Part shown: positions 44,870-53,094 of the stretch, in pieces | Numbering within the stretch: position 1 is the stretch's first letter | Layout of the letters: every line of letters starts with the position of its first letter | Assembly (NCBI GenBank): GCA_024239055.1 | Contig: JANBVJ010000001.1 | Span: 496,572-560,571 of the forward strand | Source of the DNA: Patescibacteria group bacterium | GTDB taxonomy: Bacteria > Patescibacteriota > Minisyncoccia > Minisyncoccales > UBA10102 | Reading direction: 5' to 3' | Length of the DNA stretch: 64,000 bases | Position numbers and translations under genes: made by a program | Notes under the pieces: generated by a model | What the model was told of the DNA's origin: nothing | The model's input: only the letters and a program-made list of their open reading frames with translations | The model's database searches: none

Positions 44870-45376
44870 ATAAACGACTACAGGGCGATCATTATAGAAG
44901 ATCTTTGAGGATGTGAATAATCGCAGAGATTATTCGTAGGAGCCTCATTAGCTTCATTATTTTTGATCGCCCTGTGATACGGAAGGTACAATTCATCTCT
45001 AGGGTCCAAGTATTTGTGCATCATATTTTGTACTTAAGCGTTTAACATAGGCAATGTAGTCTTGCGACTGTTAGTTTATTAAGGACATACTCAGTTCCTC
45101 GCGGTTGTCAGTTTCGATCAAAACCTTCCGGTAATACCAGCAACCACGAGGTTGTAGGTAGTCCCCTGCAAGCAAGGCATAAATCTAATTAGTAATTGCT
45201 TGTCTTAACTTGTCTAACAACACGTGCACGCTACTTAATTTGCATGTAGGTGCTGGAACAAGGTCCGCTCCTTGTAAAAGAGAGGTCAGATGTTCTTTAA
45301 GTAAGAACAATCTATAATCTTCGAAATGAATTCCGCTTTTATCTGAATTGATTTTTAAATTAAGGTACTGCCTTAG
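44870..45376 (-). ncRNA. Candidate structured non-coding RNA / long leader of the HTH-RT operon
   Basis: No ORF of 60 aa or more on either strand. It lies downstream of a near-consensus promoter and holds at least 7 stem-loops. One 11-bp stem is fully paired (with a G-U) only on the minus-strand transcript. GC is higher than in the adjacent ORFs. Confidence 0.45.
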
Positions 45377-45381
45377 TATCT

Positions 45382-45409
45382 ATTATACAAAACGTATAAG
45401 TTTAGTCAA
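45382..45409 (-). promoter_or_regulatory. Sigma-70-like promoter driving the leader-HTH-RT unit
   Basis: On the minus strand: TTGACT (45409-45404), N16, TATAAT (45387-45382). Confidence 0.55.
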
Positions 45410-45453
45410 GGGTGATTATCTACAAGTAATCATAATTGAGCATGCAGGTATAT

Positions 45454-46005
45454 TTATCTTGCAACTACCATTCCCCATATATCTTGAGCTCCTTGTTTCT
45501 TTAATTTGCTAGCCATATCTTCCATGCGTTCCCCTGTGTCATATATGTCATCTACAAGGAGTATTCTTTTGTTTGGTAGCTCTTTAATAGATACAATGGG
45601 AATATTAAGAGAAGAGGAAAGTTCTCTTGTAATTTCTTTAATATGATTGAATCCCCTGCGTCGCTGTTCTTTTTTTGGTACAGGAATAGGAAGAAGAACC
45701 GAGTTATTTAAAAGCTTCTCATTGTGCGAGTTGAGAACGTGGGATATAATTAGAAAAGCGAATTGAGAGGAGAGATCACGAAGAAATGGAGGATTTTTAT
45801 AATGTGCTAGTGCTTTTTGAATGAGAGGTTCCTTAATAGAAGTTGCAGAAAGAAGTCCTGTGAGAGAGGGGCTGTTGTGCGAAAACACCTCTTTGTTTGG
45901 AGATATTGTTGCGAGGCAGTCCTCACAGAGATGAGTTCCTTCATTTTTACACGAGATGCAGATTTTCGGCCATAGAATAGTGAGTAAGGAATGAAGGATA
46001 AACAT
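45454..46005 (-). CDS. comFC: ComF-family phosphoribosyltransferase-like competence protein
   Basis: N-terminal Zn-finger Cys pairs (CISCKNEGTHLCEDC) and a C-terminal PRTase motif ILLVDDIYDTGERM. Confidence 0.75.
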   Translation of the reverse strand: MFILHSLLTILWPKICISCKNEGTHLCEDCLATISPNKEVFSHNSPSLTGLLSATSIKEPLIQKALAHYKNPPFLRDLSSQFAFLIISHVLNSHNEKLLNNSVLLPIPVPKKEQRRRGFNHIKEITRELSSSLNIPIVSIKELPNKRILLVDDIYDTGERMEDMASKLKKQGAQDIWGMVVAR

Positions 46006-46017
46006 TATATATATTGT

Positions 46018-47088
46018 ATGACGTTACCTAAAATAATTCCATCATTTAATTCCATTCCTTTTATTCCCAAGGTGGCTTTAGGAATAGATATTGGGACATC
46101 TTCTTTAAAGATAGTGGAGATATCCAAATGGGCAGGCAGAAAGTCTTTAAAAAACTACGGAGAGTTAAAAGCTATAACTCTATATGACAAACCATTTCGT
46201 ACCTTTGAGAAAAATACTCTTGTTCTCTCTAGCAAGGATATTGCTCGGGCTTTGAGGGCGATTATTCAGGAGTCTAAGATTACAAGCAAGAGGGCGGTTT
46301 TTTCCATCCCTGACTTTTCTTCTTTTTTTACTTCTTTTGAGCTCCCTCCTATGACTAAAGAAGAGCTTCCAGGGGCCGTTGACTTTGAGGCAAGAAAGCA
46401 TGTGCCCATGCCGTTATCTGAGGTAATTTTTGACTGGCAGATACTTTCTGGACGAGTTAAGCAGAATACTCCATTGAAGATTCTTTTGGTTGCGGTCCCC
46501 AGAGAGGTGGTAAATCAGTACCAGGAGATAGCCGCTCTTTCCAAACTAGAGCTTGTGGCTTTGGAAGCAGAAGCATTTGGGCTTATTCGCGCGACCTTGG
46601 AGGATGAGACAGAGTCAATGCTTGTCTTAGATATTGGTGCTCAGTCCACCACTGTAAATACTGTTATTGCCGGTCAACTTCATTCTTCTCGTTCATTTGA
46701 TATTGCCGGTAACGCGTTTTCTGAAAGAATAGCCCGTTCTCTTTCTATTAATGCTAAGGAAGCTGATGAAAAAAAGATGTCAAAAGGTATGGAAGACAAG
46801 TATATCCTTGAGATACTTACTCCTTTGGTGGATTTAGTTTCAGCTGAAATTAAAAAGTCAGTAGTACAGTTTCCAAAGGATATAAAACCATCCAAGTTGG
46901 TGCTGGCAGGCGGCACTTCCCGCCTTCCTGGACTGCGTGAGTATCTTAAAGAACAGACCGGAATTGTAACAGAATATGCCTCTCCTTTTAATTCGGTCTT
47001 TTATCCTCCGATTTTAGAGAGTACAATAAAGGTAATGGGCCCTTCTTATGCGGTAGCCGTTGGCGCGGCTCTTAGAGGAACCCAGTAG
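46018..47088 (+). CDS. pilM: Type IV pilus assembly protein PilM, copy 2
   Basis: GIDIGTSSLKIVE, VLDIGAQSTT and LAGGTSRLPGL. The ATG at 46018 is preferred because the listed start at 45991 overlaps comFC. Confidence 0.85.
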   Translation: MTLPKIIPSFNSIPFIPKVALGIDIGTSSLKIVEISKWAGRKSLKNYGELKAITLYDKPFRTFEKNTLVLSSKDIARALRAIIQESKITSKRAVFSIPDFSSFFTSFELPPMTKEELPGAVDFEARKHVPMPLSEVIFDWQILSGRVKQNTPLKILLVAVPREVVNQYQEIAALSKLELVALEAEAFGLIRATLEDETESMLVLDIGAQSTTVNTVIAGQLHSSRSFDIAGNAFSERIARSLSINAKEADEKKMSKGMEDKYILEILTPLVDLVSAEIKKSVVQFPKDIKPSKLVLAGGTSRLPGLREYLKEQTGIVTEYASPFNSVFYPPILESTIKVMGPSYAVAVGAALRGTQ

Positions 47089-47090
47089 AT

Positions 47091-47615
47091 ATGGTTGATA
47101 TAATACCAAAACAACAAGAGACGGAATTGAGTTCAATTGCGCTGACCATAGCCATCGTTATTCTTGTTATATCTGTTGGGAGTTTTGGCATCTTTGCTTT
47201 TTTAAAGACAAGGACTGAAAGTAAATTGGAGGAGGCAACAATATTCCTACTGGAAGGAAAATCAAAGGAACAGGCAGAACTGGAATCTCAGATTTTAGAC
47301 ATCAAGACAAAGCTGGAGGACTTTTCAGTATTGGCTTTAAGACAAAATAACCCATCTGCTTTCTTTGAGTTTATTGAAGAGAATACACATCCTGATATTA
47401 TATTTTCTCAGCTTTCTCTTAATCCACAGGATAGGAAGGCGGTCATAAATGGAGAGACCAGAACTTTTCGTAACTTGCAGGAACAGATTTTACTACTTAA
47501 AGAACAGGCAGACTCAGAAGAGGTAGAGCTTACCTCCATATCTCTTGGGCAGGAAGGACAGGTAAAATTTACTTTGGTTTTAGAATTTGAACATTCATTC
47601 TTTCTTAATCTATGA
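47091..47615 (+). CDS. pilN: PilN-like protein, copy 2
   Basis: Single TM helix plus a coiled coil. The call rests on synteny after pilM. Confidence 0.55.
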   Translation: MVDIIPKQQETELSSIALTIAIVILVISVGSFGIFAFLKTRTESKLEEATIFLLEGKSKEQAELESQILDIKTKLEDFSVLALRQNNPSAFFEFIEENTHPDIIFSQLSLNPQDRKAVINGETRTFRNLQEQILLLKEQADSEEVELTSISLGQEGQVKFTLVLEFEHSFFLNL

Positions 47616-48136
47616 ACCGTCCATTTGTAATTATTGGAATTGTAGTCATTGTTCTGGTTATTCTGGCCTTCTGGGTCTTTCCTATGTATCAGGATTTTCA
47701 GGAACTTTCTGTTGAGTTGATTGAGAAGGACGCCGAACTTCAGAATAGAGAAGATTACTTTTCTGAGATTCAATCTATTAATGATAGACTAAAAATATAT
47801 GAGGAGGAATTGGCAAAGCTACATGCCGCCATTCCCAATGATTCATCTCTCCCTTCTTTGTATGATTTGGTTCAGCGCCTTAGTTCAGAATCAGGCCTTG
47901 TGCTCCGTCAGATCTCAGCTATTGAGGATACAAAGACGGTATCTGGTATTCAAGCTCAGACCATTGCAGTCAGTCTGAATCTGGAAGGTTCTTATGATGG
48001 GTTAAAGGCATTTTTAAATAGAATACAGACAGCTCCCCGTTTGCTTGACGTAACTTCTGTTGGCTTTGTATCACCTGCTACAGGTCTGCCATTCCAGTTT
48101 CAGTTCGCTATTTTTCTAAACGCATTTTCCTACTAA
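47612..48136 (+). CDS. pilO: PilO-like protein, copy 2
   Basis: TM helix, a coiled coil and ...LNLEGSYDGLKAFLNRIQTAPRLLDVTSV, which resembles PilO. Confidence 0.6.
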   Translation: MNRPFVIIGIVVIVLVILAFWVFPMYQDFQELSVELIEKDAELQNREDYFSEIQSINDRLKIYEEELAKLHAAIPNDSSLPSLYDLVQRLSSESGLVLRQISAIEDTKTVSGIQAQTIAVSLNLEGSYDGLKAFLNRIQTAPRLLDVTSVGFVSPATGLPFQFQFAIFLNAFSY

Positions 48137-48137
48137 T

Positions 48138-48401
48138 ATGGCTATTACATTTATTCAACAAAAAAAACGACAGAAATACTTCCTTGCTGCCCTATCTGCA
48201 GTGATACTTATTACTGGATTCGTGCTCTGGCAGGGATTTGTTTCAGATGTTGGTACTGAGGGTCCTTTAATAAAACCTCCCCAGGAAGTTGTTCTGCGAT
48301 TTGATGTTTTAGAAAGTGAGGCCTTAAACAGACTAGAGAATCCAGGAGTTGAGCTTACTTTACCAACTGAGACAGGAAAAGGAAATCCATTTCTTAAGTA
48401 A
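48138..48401 (+). CDS. Small single-TM protein closing pilMNO cluster 2
   Basis: 87 aa with one TM helix. It is the positional analogue of 11121..11423. Confidence 0.35.
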   Translation: MAITFIQQKKRQKYFLAALSAVILITGFVLWQGFVSDVGTEGPLIKPPQEVVLRFDVLESEALNRLENPGVELTLPTETGKGNPFLK

Positions 48402-48404
48402 CAT

Positions 48405-50132
48405 ATGAGTACTCTTACGCGACTTGTAAAACAAAAGGTTATTACAAAAGAACAGGCATCTGAGTTGGAGGCTGCAGCTCAGTCTGCTTCAGTTTCAGTT
48501 GAAGAGTTGGCGCTCCAGAAGAATATTGTTAACGAGGATATTCTATTTTCTGCAAAGGCTGAAGAGTTAAAACTTCCACTGCGTAAAGTGACAGCGGAAT
48601 CCATTTCTCCTGAGATTCTAGAATTAATACCAGAGGATTCTGCAAAGTACTATCGCATAGCCCCACTCTCTTTAAAGAACAATAAGTTGGAAGTTGGCAT
48701 GGTGGAACCCGAAAACACGCAAGCCCAGCAGGCACTGAAGTTCTTGGCGCGCCAGGGGAACTTCTCTTATGTTTCAGCTTTGATTACCCCTTCTACATTT
48801 CATAAAATCTTTGCTCAGTATCGGAATACGAAGACGGAAACCGGCAAGGTGCTAGAGGAACTGGAACAAGAGATAAAGATAGAAAAACCTACTACATTAA
48901 GAGATGCGGTACAGAGGCTTGTTGAGGAGGCTCCTGTTACCAAGATGGTTGCCGTTATCTTAAGAACTGCTGTTGAGGGAGGAGCATCTGATATTCATGT
49001 GGAACCTGTAAAAGACAGGTTGCGAGTGAGATTCCGTTCTTTAGGGGAACTTCACTCTTCTTTGTTTTTGCCAGCGAACGTGCATCAGACTATTATTGCG
49101 AGAATCAAGATTCTTGCCAATTTAAAGATTGACGAGAGCCGTACTCCTCAGGATGGTAGGTTTTCTGCCACGATTGATGACAAGTCTGTGGATTTTCGTG
49201 TTGCAACCTTTCCTACAGCGTTAGGTGAGAAGGTGGCAATTAGAGTATTGGATCCATCTAAGGGTCTCAAGGGTCTTGAGAATCTTGGTTTGGAGGGAAC
49301 AAACCTCACAAAGGTAAAAGAAGCCTTAAAAAAGCCATTTGGTCTTGTACTTTCTACCGGCCCCACGGGTTCTGGTAAGACAACTACGCTTTACTCAATG
49401 CTCAGCTCTATAAACCGAGAAGGAGTAAATATTGTGAGCTTGGAAGATCCAATTGAGTATTTAATAAAAGGAGTGAATCAGTCCCAGATACGGCCTGAAT
49501 TGGGATATGACTTTGCCCAGGGACTGCGCCAAGTGCTTAGGCAAGACCCAGATATTATTATGGTAGGTGAGATTAGAGACATTGAGACTGCCTCCCTCGT
49601 GACACATGCGGCCTTAACCGGGCATATCGTGCTCTCTACTCTTCATACCAACAACGCCGGGAGTGTGGTGATAAGGTTGTTAAATATGGGAGTGGATAAA
49701 TATCTTATTCCGGCCACCCTTTCCATTGCTTTGGCGCAGCGTCTTGTGCGGCGCTTGTGCGATGCCTGCAAGGAAGCTGTTCCTGCATCAAAGGAGATTA
49801 GAGAACTTATGATAAAAGAGCTTGAGTCAGCTCCGCCTTCTCTTCAAAAACAACTTGCTTCTCATCTTTCAAATAAGGAGAGCATTAAGGTGTACAAAGC
49901 AGTGGGATGTAAGAAGTGCGGGGGGTCTGGATACTCAGGACGCACTGGAATATTTGAGGTTGTGGAGATGACGCCACAGCTTGCTGCCATTATTCTTTCT
50001 GAACCTACAGAATCCAAGATTACGCAAGAGCTTAAGGCTCAAGGTATGGTAACAATGGCTCAAGATGGGTTTGCCAAGGTATTGGATGGCGTGACAACGC
50101 CAGAGGAGATATTGCAGCAGACCGGCGAATGA
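48405..50132 (+). CDS. pilB: Type IV pilus assembly ATPase PilB/GspE, copy 2
   Basis: T2SS-E N-terminal domain, RTPQDGRF, Walker A GPTGSGKTTTLYSM and a tetracysteine motif CDAC...CKKCGGSG. Confidence 0.9.
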   Translation: MSTLTRLVKQKVITKEQASELEAAAQSASVSVEELALQKNIVNEDILFSAKAEELKLPLRKVTAESISPEILELIPEDSAKYYRIAPLSLKNNKLEVGMVEPENTQAQQALKFLARQGNFSYVSALITPSTFHKIFAQYRNTKTETGKVLEELEQEIKIEKPTTLRDAVQRLVEEAPVTKMVAVILRTAVEGGASDIHVEPVKDRLRVRFRSLGELHSSLFLPANVHQTIIARIKILANLKIDESRTPQDGRFSATIDDKSVDFRVATFPTALGEKVAIRVLDPSKGLKGLENLGLEGTNLTKVKEALKKPFGLVLSTGPTGSGKTTTLYSMLSSINREGVNIVSLEDPIEYLIKGVNQSQIRPELGYDFAQGLRQVLRQDPDIIMVGEIRDIETASLVTHAALTGHIVLSTLHTNNAGSVVIRLLNMGVDKYLIPATLSIALAQRLVRRLCDACKEAVPASKEIRELMIKELESAPPSLQKQLASHLSNKESIKVYKAVGCKKCGGSGYSGRTGIFEVVEMTPQLAAIILSEPTESKITQELKAQGMVTMAQDGFAKVLDGVTTPEEILQQTGE

Positions 50133-50148
50133 GTGTATTATAATATAT

Positions 50149-50295
50149 ATGATGTCAAAAATTCTTCTTATTGAGGACGACCCTCTTTTAATAGACATTT
50201 ATACTACTAAGTTTAAAGAACATAGTTTTGAGGTGCAGGTTGAAGATGATGGGGAAAGGGTAGTAGGAGAGATACAAAAATTACTACAAATCTAA
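50149..50295 (+). pseudogene. Truncated response-regulator receiver fragment (48 codons)
   Basis: MMSKILLIEDDPLLIDIYTTKFKEHSFEVQVEDDGERVVGEIQKLLQI matches the first third of a receiver domain and stops before the phospho-acceptor Asp. Its TAA overlaps the pilT ATG (TAATG). Confidence 0.5.
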
Positions 50296-51356
50296 TGCCG
50301 GAAGTTAATATGCAAAGTTTACTAGAGCTGACTGTTAAGGAATGTGCATCTGACCTTCATCTTTCTGTGGGACATCCTCCAGTACTCAGAATTTCAGGGC
50401 GTTTAGTGCCATTAATTAAGGAGAAGAAGTTGGACGCAGAAGAGATAAGAGCATTGGCTCTTTCTATTATGACAGAAGAGCAGGCTCAGCGTTTGGAAAA
50501 GGATCGAGAGATTGATTTTTCTTATAACATAGAAGACAGAGGCAGATTTCGTGTTAATATCTTTTTTCAGCAGGGAACTGTTAGTTGCGCACTAAGACTC
50601 ATTCCAAGCAAGATTAAGACTATAGAGGAGCTGAGTCTTCCCAGGGTTCTTCATAAGTTTACAGAAGCTCATCAGGGTTTTGTTATTATTACAGGTCCAT
50701 CCTCTCACGGAAAGTCCACGACTCTGGCTGCCTTAATTGACGAGATTAATCATACGAGGTCAGATCACATTATTACCATTGAAGACCCTATTGAGTATGT
50801 GTTTGAGGATGATAAAGCCATTATTGACCAGCGAGAGGTGAACCAGGATACAAAGTCCTTTCAAAGCGCTCTGCGTGCGACCTTCAGGCAAGATCCAGAT
50901 GTAATTATGGTAGGTGAGATGCGGGATGCAGAAACTATGGCGACAGCCATAACAGCGGCTGAAACCGGACATCTTGTTTTTGCTACATTACATACAAACT
51001 CAGCAGCTCAGACTATTCACCGTATCGTGGACTCCTTTCCTCCAGGTCAGCAGGGGCAGGTCAGAGCTCAACTTTCAGGTTCTCTCTTGGGCGTGGTTTC
51101 CCAACGTTTAATACCAAGAATAAAGGGAGGGTTAATCCCGGCTTGCGAGGTTATGCTGGCTTCCCCTGCCATTGGAAACCTTATTCGAGAGAATAAGACC
51201 CATGAACTACCCTTGGTTATCGAGACTTCAGGTGAGCAAGGCATGGTTTCTTTAAATAGAGCTTTGGCAAATCTTGTAAAGGCAAAAGAGATAACTCTAG
51301 AGAACGCGCTCGCCTACTCGCTCAATGCAGCTGAGCTTCGTTCCCTTGCCAGGTAA
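50295..51356 (+). CDS. pilT: Twitching-motility retraction ATPase PilT
   Basis: ASDLHLSVGHPPVLRISG, Walker A GPSSHGKSTTLAALI and GHLVFATLHTNSA. Confidence 0.9.
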   Translation: MPEVNMQSLLELTVKECASDLHLSVGHPPVLRISGRLVPLIKEKKLDAEEIRALALSIMTEEQAQRLEKDREIDFSYNIEDRGRFRVNIFFQQGTVSCALRLIPSKIKTIEELSLPRVLHKFTEAHQGFVIITGPSSHGKSTTLAALIDEINHTRSDHIITIEDPIEYVFEDDKAIIDQREVNQDTKSFQSALRATFRQDPDVIMVGEMRDAETMATAITAAETGHLVFATLHTNSAAQTIHRIVDSFPPGQQGQVRAQLSGSLLGVVSQRLIPRIKGGLIPACEVMLASPAIGNLIRENKTHELPLVIETSGEQGMVSLNRALANLVKAKEITLENALAYSLNAAELRSLAR

Positions 51357-52561
51357 TGAAGTTTAACTATCAAGCTAGAGACCAAAAAGGACAGACTCAG
51401 GTTGGAGTTGTTGAGGCATCTTCAAGAGAGTCAGCTTTTCAGTTATTGGGACGGTCAGGTTTAGTTGTTACTGTATTGGAGGAAGCCGGAGCCCGACCCA
51501 TTTATGCCCGTCGTATTACGTTCTTTGATAAGGTTTCAGCAAAAGACCTTGTTTTGTTTTCTCGTCAGTTAGCTATTCTCTTTCGTTCTAAGGTTTCACT
51601 TATTGAGGCGCTCCAAACTATTGCCAAGCAGGCAGAACACCAGACGTTTCGAGAAAAGATAATCAGGTTATCTGAAAGCGTAGAAGGCGGAACTGCGTTT
51701 TCTGATGCATTAGGTGAGTATCCAAAGGTCTTTTCTTCTTTTTACGTGAATATTGTAAAGTCTGGAGAGGCATCTGGAAAGCTCTCTGATGTTTTAGAAT
51801 ATTTGGCAGATCATCTAGAACGTGAGTATGAGCTGAATTCAAAGATAAAGGGAGCTATGGTGTATCCTGCCTTTGTTATTTTTATAGCTATAGCTGTCCT
51901 TGGTCTGATGATGTTTTTTGTGATTCCTAACCTTTCTGCTGTATTAATGTCTACGGGTCAGGAGCTGCCCATTGTTACAAAGGTGGTCTTGGGATTTGCT
52001 TCTTTTTTGCGCTCCTGGGGCTGGATTTTTATTCTTTTGCTTAGTGGAATCGGGGTTATGGCATTCAGGTATATTCGTACTCCAAAAGGCAAAAGGTTTA
52101 TGGATAAAATTATACTGCAGATTCCTATGCTCAATTCTTTTGTTCGTATGATTTACCTCTCTCGTTTTGCTGAAAACCTCTCTACATTAGTTTCAGGAGG
52201 TCTTCCTATTGTGCAGTCCCTTGATATTACGGCCAAAATTATTGGAAACGATGTATATAAAGATATTATATTGGAAGCAAAAATAGGGGTGAGTAAAGGA
52301 GAGCGTATTGGGCAGATACTAGAGCGTTATCCCAAGGAGTTTCCTCCAGTGTTTACGCAGATGGTTATTGTGGGAGAGAAGTCAGGGTCTTTGGATACGA
52401 CATTGCTGAATGTGGTGGAGTTTTACCGAGACGAGGTGGTTCGTACGACAGATACCTTTTTAAGTATTTTGGAACCTGCCCTTATTGTTGTTCTTGGAGG
52501 AGTTGTCGGAGGGTTAATGGCCTCTATTTTACTGCCATTGTATCAATTATCCTCGTTTTAA
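51356..52561 (+). CDS. pilC: Type IV pilus platform protein PilC, copy 2
   Basis: 401 aa with duplicated GspF domains (GEASGKL, GEKSGSL) and three TM segments. Confidence 0.9.
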   Translation: MKFNYQARDQKGQTQVGVVEASSRESAFQLLGRSGLVVTVLEEAGARPIYARRITFFDKVSAKDLVLFSRQLAILFRSKVSLIEALQTIAKQAEHQTFREKIIRLSESVEGGTAFSDALGEYPKVFSSFYVNIVKSGEASGKLSDVLEYLADHLEREYELNSKIKGAMVYPAFVIFIAIAVLGLMMFFVIPNLSAVLMSTGQELPIVTKVVLGFASFLRSWGWIFILLLSGIGVMAFRYIRTPKGKRFMDKIILQIPMLNSFVRMIYLSRFAENLSTLVSGGLPIVQSLDITAKIIGNDVYKDIILEAKIGVSKGERIGQILERYPKEFPPVFTQMVIVGEKSGSLDTTLLNVVEFYRDEVVRTTDTFLSILEPALIVVLGGVVGGLMASILLPLYQLSSF

Positions 52562-52572
52562 AGTTATGCACA

Positions 52573-52602
52573 TTGCCTTTAATGTATCAAAGTAGGTATA
52601 AT
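52573..52602 (+). promoter_or_regulatory. Sigma-70-like promoter upstream of the first pilin gene
   Basis: TTGCCT-N18-TATAAT. Confidence 0.45.
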
Positions 52603-52608
52603 ATATGA

Positions 52609-53061
52609 ATGGTTTTTTCTATGAGAAATAGAGGATTTACCTTAATTGAGCTTTTAGTTGTCATAGCAATTATTGGTATTCTTTCCTCAACTATTCTTGT
52701 CTCTCTGGGGTCAGCAAGGGGAAAGGCCAGGGATGCAAGGCGTCAGTCTGATATGCACCAGATTTCCCTTGCAATGGAATTGGATTACTCAGATGAAGAG
52801 CGTTTTTCCCAGTACACACCCGCTGAATGGGAGAGTATTGCAAAGATTGATAGAGATAATGGAAGGTATTTGGATCCCACACCTATGGATCCGCAAACCG
52901 GGGCTTATCCCTGGATTGATAATTCGTCCGGGGCTACAACAGGTTGTTCCAGTCAGCTGTATTGCGTGTATACGAACTTAGAGGAGGGTGATTATTTTGC
53001 AGCCTCTGAGAAGGGAAGTCGAGAGATAAGTTCAGCTCCTACTCAGTGTCCTTGCTGGTAA
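52609..53061 (+). CDS. Type IV pilin, paralog 1
   Basis: Prepilin motif RNRG|FTLIELLVVIAIIGIL. The likely true start is the ATG at 52621, given the short leader. It has a conserved ARDARRQSDM block and a C-terminal Cys pair. Confidence 0.85.
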   Translation: MVFSMRNRGFTLIELLVVIAIIGILSSTILVSLGSARGKARDARRQSDMHQISLAMELDYSDEERFSQYTPAEWESIAKIDRDNGRYLDPTPMDPQTGAYPWIDNSSGATTGCSSQLYCVYTNLEEGDYFAASEKGSREISSAPTQCPCW

Positions 53062-53094
53062 AATGGTGTATACTATATAAATACATAATATTCT

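Noticed and set aside
44880-44975. DRT2-style rolling-circle template: the hairpin is 96 nt (a multiple of 3) and one RNA-sense frame has no stop, so a concatemer would give an endless ORF
   Set aside because: One stop-free frame out of six over 32 codons is quite likely by chance, and nothing else supports it. I kept it only as something cDNA sequencing would reveal.
44870-45453. Diversity-generating retroelement (DGR) interpretation of the RT locus, with the non-coding region as a template repeat
   Set aside because: The region is not AAC/adenine-codon rich like typical TRs. I could not find a near-identical variable repeat at the 3' end of any nearby gene. The accessory gene is a canonical XRE HTH rather than Avd-like. 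I cannot fully exclude this without a computational TR/VR search across the genome.
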